From contig NW_026948142.1 in NCBI RefSeq assembly GCF_963921235.1, forward strand, positions 1 through 64,000: 64,000 nt of DNA, written 5' to 3'. Every line of letters starts with the position of its first letter. The stretch's first letter is position 1. Under the pieces are notes generated by a model that searched no databases, was not told the DNA's origin, and worked only from the letters and a program-made list of their open reading frames with translations. The stretch is from Mobula hypostoma. Taxonomy: Eukaryota. Positions 15,001-30,000 of the stretch are shown here, piece after piece. Both the position numbers and the translations under genes were made by a program.

Positions 15001-18000
15001 AGACTGTCCTGTGTTTTCACTGAGTTCCTGCAGACTGTCCTGTGTTTTCACTGAGTTCCTGCAGACTGTACCGTGTTTTCACTAACTTTCTACAGACTGT
15101 CCTGTGTTTTCACAGAGTTCCTACAGACTGTAGTATGTTTTCTCTGAGTGTCTGCAGACTGACCCTTGTTTTCTCTGACTTCCTGCTGACTGTTCTGTGT
15201 TTTCACTGATCCTGCAGATTGTCCTGTGTTTACACTGAGTTCCAGCAGAGTGTCCTGTGTTTTCACTGAGTTCCTGCAGGCTGTCCTGTGTTTTCACTGA
15301 GTTCCTGCAGACTGTCCTGTGTTTTCACTGAGTTCCTGCAGACTGTCCTGTGTTTTCACTGAGTTCCTGCAGACTGTCCTGTGTTTTCACTGAGTTCCTG
15401 CAGACTGTACCGTGTTTTCACTAACTTTCTACAGACTGTCCTGTCTTTTCACAGAGTTCCTACAGACTGTAGTATGTTTTCACTGAGTGTCTGCCGACTG
15501 ACCCTTGTTTTCTCTGACTTCCTGCTGACTGTTCTGTGTTTTCACTGAGTTCCTGCAGACTGTCCCGTGTTATCACTGAGTTCCTGCAGACTGTCCTGTG
15601 TTTTCACTGAGTTCCTGCAGACTGTCCTCTGTTTTCACTGACTTCCTGCAGACTGTCCTGTGTTTTCACTGAGTTCCTGCAGACTGTACCGTGTTTTCAC
15701 TAACTTCCTACAGACTGTCCTGTGCTTTCACTGAGTTCCTACAGACTGTAGTATGTTTTCACTGAGTTCCTGCAGACTGTCCCGTGTTTTCACTGAGTTC
15801 CTGCAGACTGTCCCGTGTTTTCACAGAGTTCCTGCAGACTGTCCCGTGTTATCACTGAGTTCCTGCTGACTGTCCCGTGTTTTCACTGAATTCCTGCAGA
15901 CTGTCCTGTGTTTTCACTGAGTTCCTGGAGACTCTCCTGTGGTTACACTGAGTTCCTGCAGACTGTCCTGTGTTTTCACTGAGTTTCTGCAGACTGTCCC
16001 GTGTTTTCACTGAGTTCCTGCAGACTGTCCCGTGTTTTCACTGAGTTCCTGCAGACTGTCCCGTGTTTTCACTGAGTTCCTGCAGACTGTCCTGTGTTTT
16101 CACTGAGTTCCTGCAGACTGTACCGTGTTTTCACTAACTTTCTACAGACTGTCCTGTCTTTTCACAGAGTTCCTACAGACTGTAGTATGTTTTCACTGAG
16201 TGTCTGCCGACTGACCCTTGTTTTCTCTGACTTCCTGCTGACTGTTCTGTGTTTTCACTGAGTTCCTGCACACTGTCCTGTGTTTACACTGAGTTCCTTC
16301 AGACTGTCCTGTGTTTTCACTGAGTTCCTGCAGACTGTCCTCTGTTTTCACTGACTTCCTGCAGACTGTCCTGTGTTTTCACTGAGTTCCTGCAGACTGT
16401 ACCGTGTTTTCACTAACTTCCTACAGACTGTCCTGTGCTTTCACTGAGTTCCTACAGACTGTAGTATGTTTTCACTGAGTTCCTGCAGACTGTCCTGTGT
16501 TTTCACTGAGTTCCTGCAGACTGTCCCGTGTTTTCACTGAGTTCCTGCAGACTGTCCCGTGTTTTCACAGAGTTCCTGCAGACTGTCCCGTGTTATCACT
16601 GAGTTCCTGCTGACTGTCCCGTGTTTTCACTGAATTCCTGCAGATTGTCCTGTGTTTTCACTGAGTTCCTGGAGACTCCTGTGGTTACACTGAGTTCCTG
16701 CAGACTGTCCTGTGTTTTCACTGAGTTCCTGCAGACTGTCCCGTGTTTTCACTGAGTTCCTGCAGACTGTCCTGTGTTTTCACTGAGTTCCTGCAGACTG
16801 TCCTGTGTTTTCACTGAGTTCCTGCAGACTGTCCCGTGTTTTCACTGAGTTCCTGCAGACTGTCCTGTGTTTTCACTGAGTTCCTGCAGACTGTCCTGTG
16901 TTTTCACTGAGTTCCTGCAGACTGTCCTGTGTTTTCACTGAGTTCCTGCAGACTGTACCGTGTTTTCACTAACTTCCTACAGACTGTCCTGTGCTTTCAC
17001 TGAGTTCCTACAGACTGTAGTATGTTTTCACTGAGTTCCTGCAGACTGTCCCGTGTTTTCACTGAGTTCCTGCAGACTGTCCCGTGTTTTCACAGAGTTC
17101 CTGCAGACTGTCCCGTGTTATCACTGAGTTCCTGCTGACTGTCCCGTGTTTTCACAGAATTCCTGCAGACTGTCCTGTGTTTTCACTGAGTTCCTGGAGA
17201 CTCTCCTGTGGTTACACTGAGTTCCTGCAGACTGTCCTGTGTTTTCACTGAGTTTCTGCAGACTGTCCCGTGTTTTCACTGAGTTCCTGCAGACTGTCCC
17301 GTGTTTTCACTGAGTTCCTGCAGACTGTCCCGTGTTTTCACTGAGTTCCTGCAGACTGTCCTGTGTTTTCACTGAGTTCCTGCAGACTGTACCGTGTTTT
17401 CACTAACTTTCTACAGACTGTCCTGTCTTTTCACAGAGTTCCTACAGACTGTAGTATGTTTTCACTGAGTGTCTGCCGACTGACCCTTGTTTTCTCTGAC
17501 TTCCTGCTGACTGTTCCGTGTTTTCACTGAGTTCCTGCAGACTGTCCCGTGTTTTCACTGAGTTCCAGCAGAGTGTCCTGTGTTTACACTGAGTTCCAGC
17601 AGAGTGTCCTGTGTTTTCACTGAGTTCCTGCAGACTGTCCTGTGTTTTCACTGAGTTCCTGCAGACTGTCCTCTGTTTTCACTGACTTCCTGCAGACTGT
17701 CCTGTGTTTTCACTGAGTTCCTGCAGACTGTCCTGTGTTTTCACTGAGTTCCTGCAGACTGTCCTGTGTTTTCACTGAGTTCCTGCAGACTGTCCCGTGT
17801 TTTCACTGAGTTCCTGCAGACTGTCCCGTGTTTTCACTGAGTTCCTGCAGACTGTCCCGTGTTTTCACTGAGTTCCTGCTGACTGTCCCGTGTTTTCACT
17901 GAATTCCTGCAGACTGTCCTGTGTTTTCACTGAGTTCCTGCAGACTGTCCCGTGTTTTCACTGAGTTCCCGCAGACTGTCCCGTGTTTTCACTGAGTTCC

Positions 18001-21000
18001 TGCAGCTGTCCTGTGTTTTCACTGAGTTCCTGCAGACTGTCCTGTGTTTTCACTGAGTTCCTGCAGACTGTCCTGTGCTTTCACTGAGTTCCTACAGACT
18101 GTAGTATGTTTCAACCGAGTTCCTGCAGACTGTCCCGTGTTTTCACTGAGTTCCTGCAGACTGTCACGTGTTTTCACTGAGTTCCTGCTGACTGTCCCGT
18201 GTTTTCACTGAATTCCTGCAGACGGTCCTGTGTTTACACTGAGTTCCCGGAGACTCTCCTGTGGTTACACTGAGTTCCTGCAGACTGTCCTGTGTTTTCA
18301 CTGAGTTTCTGCAGACTGTCCCGTGTTTTCACTGAGTTCCTGCAGACTGTCCCGTGTTATCACTGAGTTCCTGCTGACTGTCCCGTGTTTTCACTGAGTT
18401 CCTGCTGACTGTCCTCTGTTTTCACTGAGTTCCTGCACACTGTCCTGTGTTTTCACTGAGTTCCTGCAGACTGTACCGTGTTTTCACTAACTTTCTACAG
18501 ACTGTCCTGTCTTTTCACAGAGTTCCTACAGACTGTAGTATGTTTTCACTGAGTGTCTGCCGACTGACCCTTGTTTTCTCTGACTTCCTGCTGACTGTTC
18601 TGTGTTTTCACTGGCCCTGCAGATTGTCATGTGTTTACACAGAGTTCCAGCAGAGTGTCCTGTGTTTACACTGAGTTCCAGCAGAGTGTCCTGTGTTTTC
18701 ACTGAGTTCCTGCAGACTGTCCTGTGTTTTCACTGACATCCTGCAGGCTGTCCTGTGTTTTCACTGACTTCCTGCAGGCTGTCGTGTGTTTTCACTGAGT
18801 TCCTACAGACTGTCCCGTGTTTTCACTGAGTTCCTGCAGACTATCCTGTGTTTACACTGAGTTCCAGCAGAGTGTCCTGTGTTTACACTGAGTTCCAGCA
18901 GAGTGTCCTGTGTTTTCACTGAGTTCCTGCAGGCTGTCCTGTGTTTTCACTGCGTTCCTGCAGACTGTCCTCTGTTTTCACTGACTTCCTGCAGACTGTC
19001 CTGTGTTTTCACTGAGTTCCTGCAGACTGTACCGTGTTTTCACTAACTTCCTACAGACTGTCCTGTGCTTTCACTGAGTTCCTACAGACTGTAGTATGTT
19101 TTCACTGAGTTCCTGCAGACTGTCCCGTGTTTTCACTGAGTTCCTGCAGACTGTCACGTGTTTTCACTGAGTTCCTGCAGACTGTCCTGTGTTTTCACTG
19201 AGTTCCTGCAGACTGTCCCGTGTTTTCACTGAGTTCCTGCAGACTGTCCCGTGTTTTCACTGAGTTCCTGCAGACTGTCCCGTGTTATCACTGAGTTCCT
19301 GCTGACTGTCCCGTGTTTTCACTGAATTCCTGCAGACTGTCCTGTGTTTTCACTGAGTTCCTGCAGACTGTCCTGTGGTTACACTGAGTTCCTGCAGACT
19401 GTCCTGTGTTTTCACTGAGTTCCTGCAGACTGTCCCGTGTTTTCACTGAGTTCCTGCAGACTGTCCCGTGTTTTCACTGAGTTCCTGCAGACTGTCCTGT
19501 GTTTTCACTGACTTCCTGCAGACAATCCTGTGTTTTCACTGAGTTCCTGCAGACTGTCGTGTGCATTCACTGAGTTCCTACAGACTGTAGTATGTTTTCA
19601 CTGAGTTCCTGCAGACTGTCCCGTGTTTTCACTGAGTTCCTGCAGACTGTCACGTGTTTTCACTGAGTTCCTGCTGACTGTCCCGTGTTTTCACTGAATT
19701 CCTGCAGACTGTCCTGTGTTTTCACTGAGTTCCTGGAGACTCTCCTGTGGTTACACTGAGTTCCTGCAGACTGTCCTGTGTTTTCACTGAGTTTCTGCAG
19801 ACTGTCCCGTGTTTTCACTGAGTTCCTGCAGACTGTCCCGTGTTATCACTGAGTTCCTGCTGACTGTCCCGTGTTTTCACTGAGTTCCTGCTGACTGTCC
19901 TCTGTTTTCACTGAGTTCCTGCACACTGTCCTGTGTTTTCACTGAGTTCCTGCAGACTGTACCGTGTTTTCACTAACTTTCTACAGACTGTCCTGTCTTT
20001 TCACAGAGTTCCTACAGACTGTAGTATGTTTTCACTGAGTGTCTGCCGACTGACCCTTGTTTTCTCTGACTTCCTGCTGACTGTTCTGTGTTTTCACTGA
20101 TCCTGCAGATTGTCATGTGTTTACACTGAGTTCCAGCAGAGTGGCCTGTGTTTACACTGAGTTCCAGCAGAGTGTCCTGTGTTTTCACTGAGTTCCTGCA
20201 GACTGTCCTGTGTTTTCACTGAGTTCCTGCAGACTGTCCTGTGTTTTCACTGACTTCCTGCAGGCTGTCGTGTGTTTTCACTGAGTTCCTACAGACTGTA
20301 GTATGTTTTCACTGAGTTCCTGCAGACTATCCTGTGTTTACACTGAGTTCCAGCAGAGTGTCCTGTGTTTACACTGAGTTCCAGCAGAGTGTCCTGTGTT
20401 TTCACTGAGTTCCTGCAGGCTGTCCTGTGTTTTCACTGAGTTCCTGCAGACTGTCCTCTGTTTTCACTGACTTCCTGCAGACTGTCCTGTGTTTTCACTG
20501 AGTTCCTGCAGACTGTACCGTGTTTTCACTAACTTCCTACAGACTGTCCTGTGCTTTCACTGAGTTCCTACAGACTGTAGTATGTTTTCACTGAGTTCCT
20601 GCAGACTGTCCCGTGTTTTCACTGAGTTCCTGCAGACTGTCACGTGTTTTCACTGAGTTCCTGCAGACTGTCCTGTGTTTTCACTGAGTTTCTGCAGACT
20701 GTCCCGTGTTTTCACTGAGTTCCTGCAGACTGTCCCGTGTTATCACTGAGTTCCTGCAGACTGTCCCGTGTTATCACTGAGTTCCTGCTGACTGTCCCGT
20801 GTTTTCACTGAATTCCTTCAGATTGTCCTGTGTTTTCACTGAGTTCCTGGAGACTCCTGTGGTTACACTGAGTTCCTGTTGACTGTCCTGTGTTTTCACT
20901 GAGTTTCTGCAGACTGTCCCGTGTTTTCACTGAGTTCCTGCAGACTGTCCCGTGTTTTCACTGAGTTCCTGCAGACTGTCCTGTGTTTTCACTGAGTTCC

Positions 21001-24000
21001 TGCAGACTGTCCTGTGTTTTCACTGAGTTCCTGCAGACTGTCCTGTGCTTTCACTGAGTTCCTACCGACTGTAGTATGTTTCAACCGAGTTCCTGCAGAC
21101 TGTCCCGTGTTTTCACTGAGTTCCTGCAGACTGTCACGTGTTTTCACTGTGTTCCTGCTGACTGTCCCGTGTTTTCACTGAATTCCTGCAGACGGTCCTG
21201 TGTTTACACTCAGTTCCCGGAGACTCTCCTGTGGTTACACTGAGTTCCTGCAGACTGTCCTGTGTTTTCACTGAGTTTCTGCAGACTGTCCCGTATTTTC
21301 ACTGAGTTCCTGCAGACTGTCCCGTGTTATCACTGAGTTCCTGCTGACTGTCCCGTGTTTTCACTGAGTTCCTGCTGACTGTCCTCTGTTTTCACTGAGT
21401 TCCTGCACACTGTCCTGTGTTTTCACTGAGTTCCTGCAGACTGTACCGTGTTTTCACTAACTTTCTACAGACTGTCCTGTCTTTTCACAGAGTTCCTACA
21501 GACTGTAGTATGTTTTCACTGAGTGTCTGCCGACTGACCCTTGTTTTCTCTGACTTCCTGCTGACTGTTCTGTGTTTTCACTGACCCTGCAGATTGTCAT
21601 GTGTTTACACTGAGTTCCAGCAGAGTGTCCTGTGTTTACACTGAGTTCCTGCAGAGTGTCCCGTGTTATCACTGAGTTCCTGCTGACTGTCCTGTGTTTT
21701 CACTGACTTCCTGCAGGCTGTCCTGTGTTTTCACTGACTTCCTGCAGGCTGTCGTGTGTTTTCACTGAGTTCCTACAGACTGTAGTATGTTTTCACTGAG
21801 TTCCTGCAGACTATCCTGTGTTTACACTGAGTTCCAGCAGAGTGTCCTGTGTTTACACTGAGTTCCAGCAGAGTGTCCTGTGTTTTCACTGAGTTCCTAC
21901 AGGCTGTCCTGTGTTTTCACTGCGTTCCTGCAGACTGTCCTCTGTTTTCACTGACTTCCTGCAGACTGTCCTGTGTTTTCACTGAGTTCCTGCAGACTGT
22001 ACCGTGTTTTCACTAACTTCCTACAGACTGTCCTGTGCTTTCACTGAGTTCCGACAGACTGTAGTATGTTTTCACTGAGTTCCTGCAGACTGTCCCGTGT
22101 TTTCACTGAGTTCCTGCAGACTGTCACGTGTTTTCACTGAGTTCCTGCAGACTGTCCTGTGTTTTCACTGAGTTTCTGCAGACTGTCCCGTGTTTTCACT
22201 GAGTTCCTGCAGACTGTCCCGTGTTTTCACTGAGTTCCTGCAGACTGTCACGTGTTTTCACTGAGTTCCTGCTGACTGTCCCGTGTTTTCACTGAATTCC
22301 TGCAGACTGTCCTGTGTTTTCACTGAGTTCCTGGAGACTCTCCTGTGGTTACACTGAGTTCCTGCAGACTGTCCTGTGTTTTCACTGAGTTTCTGCAGAC
22401 TGTCCCGTGTTTTCACTGAGTTCCTGCAGACTGTCCTGTGTTTTCACTGAGTTCCTGCAGATTGTCCTGTGTTTTCACTGAGTTCCTGCAGACTGTCCTG
22501 TGTTTTCACTGCGTTCCTGCAGACTGTACCGTGTTTTCACTAACTTTCTACAGACTGTCCTGTCTTTTCACAGAGTTCCTACAGACTGTAGTATGTTTTC
22601 ACTGAGTGTCTGCCGACTGACCCTTGTTTTCTCTGAGTTCCTGCTGACTGTCCTCTGTTTTCACTGAGTTCCTGCACACTGTCCTGTGTTTACACTGAGT
22701 TCCTTCAGACTGTCCTGTGTTTTCACTGAGTTCCTGCAGACTGTCCTCTGTTTTCACTGACTTCCTGCAGACTGTCCTGTGTTTTCACTGAGTTCCTGCA
22801 GACTGTACCGTGTTTTCACTAACTTCCTACAGACTGTCCTGTGCTTTCACTGAGTTCCTACAGACTGTAGTATGTTTTCACTGAGTTCCTGCAGACTGTC
22901 CCGTGTTTTCACTGAGTTCCTGCAGACTGTCCCGTGTTTTCACAGAGTTCCTGCAGACTGTCCCGTGTTATCACTGAGTTCCTGCTGACTGTCCCGTGTT
23001 TTCACTGAATTCCTGCAGACTGTCCTGTGTTTTCACTGAGTTCCTGGAGACTCCTGTGGTTACACTGAGTTCCTGCAGACTGTCCTCTGTTTTCACTGAG
23101 TTCCTGCAGACTGTCCTGTGTTTTCACTGAGTTCCTGCAGACTGTCCTGTGTTTTCACTGAGTTCCTGCAGACTGTCCTGTGTTTTCACTGAGTTCCTGC
23201 AGACTGTCCCGTGTTTTCACTGAATTCCTGCAGACTGTCCTGTGTTTTCACAGAATTCCTGCAGACTGTCCTGTGTTTTCACTGAGTTCCTGCTGACTGT
23301 CCTCTGTTTTCACTGAGTTCCTGCAGACTGTCCTGTGTTTTCACTGAGTTCCTGCAGACTGTACCGTGTTTTCACTAACTTCCTGCAGACTGTCCTGTGC
23401 TTTCACTGAGTTACTACAGACTGTAGTATGTTTTCACTGAGTGTCTGCCGACTGACCCTTGTTTTCTCTGACTTCCTGCTGACTGTTCTGTGTTTTCACT
23501 GATCCTGCAGACTGTCCCGTGTTATCACTGAGTTCCTGCAGACTGTCCCGTGTTTTCACTGAGTTCCTGCAGACTGTCCCGTGTTTTCACTGAATTCCTG
23601 CAGACTGTCCTGTGTTTTCACTGAGTTCCTCCAGACTGTCCTGTGTTTTCACTGAGTTCCTGCAGACTGTCCTGTGTTTTCACTGAGTTCCTGCAGACTG
23701 TCCTCTGTTTTCACTGAGTTCCTGCAGACTGTCCTGTGTTTTCACTGAGTTCCTGCAGACTGTCCTGTGCTTTCACTGAGTTCCTACAGACTGTAGTATG
23801 TTTCAACCGAGTTCCTGCAGACTGTCCCGTGTTTTCACTGAGTTCCTGCAGACTGTCACGTGTTTTCACTGAGTTCCTGCTGACTGTCCCGTGTTTTCAC
23901 TGAATTCCTGCAGACGGTCCTGTGTTTACACTCAGTTCCCGGAGACTCTCCTGTGGTTACACTGAGTTCCTGCAGACTGTCCTGTGTTTTCACTGAGTTT

Positions 24001-27000
24001 CTGCAGACTGTCCCGTGTTTTCACTGAGTTCCTGCAGACTGTCCCGTGTTATCACTGAGTTCCTGCTGACTGTCCCGTGTTTTCACTGAGTTCCTGCTGA
24101 CTGTCCTCTGTTTTCACTGAGTTCCTGCACACTGTCCTGTGTTTTCACTGAGTTCCTGCAGACTGAACCGTGTTTTCACTAACTTTCTACAGACTGTCCT
24201 GTCTTTTCACAGAGTCCTACAGACTGTAGTATGTTTTCACTGAGTGTCTGCCGACTGACCCTTGTTTTCTCTGACTTCCTGCTGACTATTCTGTGTTTTC
24301 ACTGATCCTGCAGATTGTCATGTGTTTACACTGAGTTCCAGCAGAGTGGCCTGTGTTTACACTGAGTTCCAGCAGAGTGTCCTGTGTTTTCACTGAGTTC
24401 CTGCAGACTGTCCTGTGTTTTCACTGACTTCCTGCAGGCTGTCCTGTGTTTTCACTGACTTCCTGCAGGCTGTCGTGTGTTTTCACTGAGTTCCTACAGA
24501 CTGTCCCGTGTTTTCACTGAGTTCCTGCAGACTATCCTGTGTTTACACTGAGTTCCAGCAGAGTGTCCTGTGTTTACACTGAGTTCCAGCAGAGTGTCCT
24601 GTGTTTTCACTGAGTTCCTGCAGACTGTCCTGTGTTTTCACTGAGTTCCTGCAGACTGTCCTCTGTTTTCACTGACTTCCTGCAGACTGTCCTGTGTTTT
24701 CACTGAGTTCCTGCAGACTGTACCGTGTTTTCACTAACTTCCTACAGACTGTCCTGTGCTTTCACTGAGTTCCTACAGACTGTAGTATGTTTTCACTGAG
24801 TTCCTGCAGACTGTCCCGTGTTTTCACTGAGTTCCTGCAGACTGTCCCGTGTTTTCACTGAGTTCCTGCAGACTGTCCCGTGTTATCACTGAGTTCCTGC
24901 TGACTGTCCCGTGTTTTCACTGAGTTCCTGCAGACTGTCCTGTGTTTTCACTGAGTTCCTGCAGACTGTCTCCTGTGGTTACACTGAGTTCCTGTAGACT
25001 GTCCTGTGTTTTCACTGAGTTTCTGCAGACTGTCCCGTGTTTTCACTGAGTTGCTGCAGACTGTCCTGTGGTTACACTGAGTTCCTGCAGACTGTCCTGT
25101 GTTTTCACTGAGTTTCTGCAGACTGTCCCGTGTTTTCACTGAGTTCCTGCAGACTGTCCCGTGTTATCACTGAGTTCCTGCTGACTGTCCCGTGTTTTCA
25201 CTGAGTTCCTGCTGACTGTCCTCTGTTTTCACTGAGTTCCTGCACACTGTCCTGTGTTTTCACTGAGTTCCTGCAGACTGTACCGTGTTTTCACTAACTT
25301 TCTACAGACTGTCCTGTCTTTTCACAGAGTTCCTACAGACTGTAGTATGTTTTCACTGAGTGTCTGCCGACTGACCCTTGTTTTCTCTGACTTCCTGCTG
25401 ACTGTTCTGTGTTTTCACTGATCCTGCAGATTGTCATGTGTTTACACTGAGTTCCAGCAGAGTGGCCTGTGTTTACACTGAGTTCCAGCAGAGTGTCCTG
25501 TGTTTTCACTGAGTTCCTGCAGACTGTCCTCTGTTTTCACTGACTTCCTGCAGACTGTCCTGTGTTTTCACTGAGTTCCTGCAGACTGTCGTGTGTTTTC
25601 ACTGAGTTCCTACAGACTGTAGTATGTTTTCACTGAGTTCCTGCAGACTGTCCTGTGTTTACACTGAGTTCCAGCAGAGTGTCCTGTGTTTACACTGAGT
25701 TCCAGCAGAGTGTCCTGTGTTTTCACTGAGTTCCTGCAGACTGTCCTGTGTTTTCACTGAGTTCCTGCAGACTGTCCTCTGTTTTCACTGACTTCCTGCA
25801 GACTGTCCTGTGTTTTCACTGAGTTCCTGCAGACTGTACCGTGTTTTCACTAACTTCCTACAGACTGTCCTGTGCTTTCACTGAGTTCCTACAGACTGTA
25901 GTATGTTTTCACTGAGTTCCAGCAGAGTGTCCTGTGTTTTCACTGAGTTCCTGCAGACTGTACCGTGTTTTCACTAACTTCCTACAGACTGTCCTGTGCT
26001 TTCACTGAGTTCCTACAGACTGTAGTATGTTTTCACTGAGTTCCTGCAGACTGTCCCGTGTTTTCACTGAGTTCCTGCAGACTGTCCTGTGTTTTCACTG
26101 AGTTCCTGCAGACTGTCCCGTGTTATCACTGAGTTCCTGCTGACTGTCCCGTGTTTTCACAGAATTCCTGCAGACTGTCCTGTGTTTTCACTGAGTTCCT
26201 GGAGACTGTCCTGTGGTTACACTGAGTTCCTGCAGACTGTCCTGTGTTTTCACTGAGTTTCTGCAGACTGTCCCGTGTTTTCACTGAGTTCCTGCAGACT
26301 GTCCTGTGTTTTCACTGAGTTCCTGCAGACTGTCCTGTGTTTTCACTGAGTTCCTGCAGACTGTCCCGTGTTTTCACTGAGTTCCTGCAGACTGTCCTGT
26401 GTTTTCACTGAGTTCCTGCAGACTGTCCCGTGTTTTCACTGAGTTCCTGCAGACTGTCCTGTGTTTTCACTGAGTTCCTGCAGACTGTCCTGTGTTTTCA
26501 CTGAGTTCCTGCAGACTGTACCGTGTTTTCACTAACTTTCTACAGACTGTCCTGTCTTTTCACAGAGTTCCTACAGACTGTAGTATGTTTTCACTGAGTA
26601 TCTGCCGACTGACCCTTGTTTTCTCTGACTTCCTGCTGACTGTTCTGTGTTTTCACTGATCCTGCAGATTGTCCTGTGTTTACACTGAGTTTCTGCAGAC
26701 TGTCCCGTGTTTTCACTGAGTTCCTGCAGACTGTCCCGTGTTATCACTGAGTTCCTGCAGACTGTCCCGTGTTATCACTGAGTTCCTGCTGACTGTCTCG
26801 TTTTTTCACTGAATTCCTGCAGATTGTCCTGTGTTTTCACTGAGTTCCTGCAGACTCCTGTGGTTACACTGAGTTCCTGCAGACTGTCCCGTGTTTTCAC
26901 TGAGTTCCTGCAGCTGTCCTGTGTTTTCACTGAGTTCCTGCAGACTGTCCTGTGTTTTCACTGAGTTCCTGCAGACTGTCCTGTGCTTTCACTGAGTTCC

Positions 27001-30000
27001 TACCGACTGTAGTATGTTTCAACCGAGTTCCTGCAGACTGTCCCGTGTTTTCACTGAGTTCCTGCAGACTGTCACGTGTTTTCACTGTGTTCCTGCTGAC
27101 TGTCCCGTGTTTTCACTGAATTCCTGCAGACGGTCCTGTGTTTACACTCAGTTCCCGGAGACTCTCCTGTGGTTACACTGAGTTCCTGCAGACTGTCCTG
27201 TGTTTTCACTGAGTTTCTGCAGACTGTCCCGTATTTTCACTGAGTTCCTGCAGACTGTCCCGTGTTATCACTGAGTTCCTGCTGACTGTCCCGTGTTTTC
27301 ACTGAGTTCCTGCTGACTGTCCTCTGTTTTCACTGAGTTCCTGCACACTGTCCTGTGTTTTCACTGAGTTCCTGCAGACTGTACCGTGTTTTCACTAACT
27401 TTCTACAGACTGTCCTGTCTTTTCACAGAGTTCCTACAGACTGTAGTATGTTTTCACTGAGTGTCTGCCGACTGACCCTTGTTTTCTCTGACTTCCTGCT
27501 GACTGTTCTGTGTTTTCACTGATCCTGCAGATTGTCATGTGTTTACACTGAGTTCCAGCAGAGTGGCCTGTGTTTACACTAAGTTCCAGCAGAGTGTCCT
27601 GTGTTTTCACTGAGTTCCTGCAGACTGTCCTGTGTTTTCACTGACTTCCTGCAGGCTGTCCTGTGTTTTCACTGACTTCCTGCAGGCTGTCGTGTGTTTT
27701 CACTGAGTTCCTACAGACTGTCCCGTGTTTTCACTGAGTTCCTGCAGACTACCCTGTGTTTACACTGAGTTCCAGCAGAGTGTCCTGTGTTTACACTGAG
27801 TTCCAGCAGAGTGTCCTGTGTTTTCACTGAGTTCCTGCAGGCTGTCCTGTGTTTTCACTGCGTTCCTGCAGACTGTCCTCTGTTTTCACTGACTTCCTGC
27901 AGACTGTCCTGGGTTTTCACTGAGTTCCTGCAGACTGTACCGTGTTTTCACTAACTTCCTACAGACTGTCCTGTGCTTTCACTGAGTTCCTACAGACTGT
28001 AGTATGTTTTCACTGAGTTCCTGCAGACTGTCCCGTGTTTTCACTGAGTTCCTGCAGACTGTCACGTGTTTTCACTGAGTTCCTGCAGACTGTCCTGTGT
28101 TTTCACTGAGTTTCTGCAGACTGTCCCGTGTTTTCACTGAGTTCCTGCAGACTGTCCCGTGTTTTCACTGAGTTCCTGCAGACTGTCCCGTGTTATCACT
28201 GAGTTCCTGCTGACTGTCCCGTGTTTTCACTGAATTCCTGCAGACTGTCCTGTGTTTTCACTGAGTTCCTGGAGACTCTCCTGTGGTTACACTGAGTTCC
28301 TGCAGACTGTCCTGTGTTTTCACTGAGTTTCTGCAGACTGTCCCGTGTTTTCACTGAGTTCCTGCAGACTGTCCCGTGTTTTCACTGAGTTCCTGCAGAC
28401 TGTCCCGTGTTTTCACTGAGTTCCTGCAGACTGTCCTGTGTTTTCACTGAGTTCCTGCAGACTGTACCGTGTTTTCACTAACTTTCTACAGACTGTCCTG
28501 TCTTTTCACAGAGTTCCTACAGACTGTAGTATGCTTTCACTGAGTGTCTGCCGACTGACCCTTCTTTTCTCTGACTTCCTGCTAACTGTTCCGTGTTTTC
28601 ACAGAGTTCCTGCAGACTGTCCCGTGTTATCACTGAGTTCCTGCTGACTGTAGTATGTTTTCACTGAGTTCCTGCAGACTGTCCCGTGTTTTCACTGAGT
28701 TCCTGCAGACTGTCCCGTGTTTTCACAGAGTTCCTGCAGACTGTCCCGTGTTATCACTGAGTTCCTGCTGACTGTCCCGTGTTTTCACTGAGTTCCTGCT
28801 GACTGTCCTCTGTTTTCACTGAGTTCCTGCACACTGTCCTGTGTTTTCACTGAGTTCCTGCAGACTGTACCGTGTTTTCACTAACTTTCTACAGACTGTC
28901 CTGTCTTTTCACAGAGTTCCTACAGACTGTAGTATGTTTTCACTGAGTGTCTGCCGACTGACCCTTGTTTTCTCTGACTTCCTGCTGACTGTTCTGTGTT
29001 TTCACTGATCCTGCAGATTGTCATGTGTTTACACTGAGTTCCAGCAGAGTGTCCTGTGTTTACACTGAGTTCCAGCAGAGTGTCCTGTGTTTTCACTGAG
29101 TTCCTGCAGACTGTCCTGTGTTTTCACTGACTTCCTGCAGGCTGTCCTGTGTTTTCACTGACTTCCTGCAGGCTGTCGTGTGTTTTCACTGAGTTCCTAC
29201 AGACTGTAGTATGTTTTCACTGAGTTCCTGCAGACTGTCCTGTGTTTACACTGAGTTCCAGCAGACTGTCCTGTGTTTACACTGAGTTCCAGCAGAGTGT
29301 CCTGTGTTTTCACTGAGTTCCTGCAGACTGTCCTGTGTTTTCACTGAGTTCCTGCAGACTGTCCTCTGTTTTCACTGACTTCCTGCAGGCTGTCCTGTGT
29401 TTTCACTGAGTTCCTGCAGACTGTCCTCTGTTTTCACTGACTTCCTGCAGACTGTCCTGTGTTTTCACTGAGTTCCTGCAGACTGTCACGTGTTTTCACT
29501 GAGTTCCTGCAGACTGTCCTGTGTTTTCACTGAGTTTCTGCAGACTGTCCCGTGTTTTCACTGAGTTCCTGCAGACTGTCCCGTGTTATCACTGAGTTCC
29601 TGCAGACTGTCCCGTGTTATCACTGAGTTCCTGCTGACTGTCCCGTGTTTTCACTGAATTCCTGCAGACTGTCCTGTGTTTTCACTGAGTTCCTGCAGAC
29701 TCCTGTGGTTACACTGAGTTCCTGCAGACTGTCCCGTGTTTTCACTGAGTTCCTGCAGCTGTCCTGTGTTTTCACTGAGTTCCTGCAGACTGTCCTGTGT
29801 TTTCACTGAGTTCCTGCAGACTGTCCTGTGCTTTCACGGAGTTCCTACCGACTGTAGTATGTTTCAACCGAGTTCCTGCAGACTGTCCCGTGTTTTCACT
29901 GAGTTCCTGCAGACTGTCACGTGTTTTCACTGTGTTCCTGCTGACTGTCCCGTGTTTTCACTGAATTCCTGCAGACGGTCCTGTGTTTACACTGAGTTCC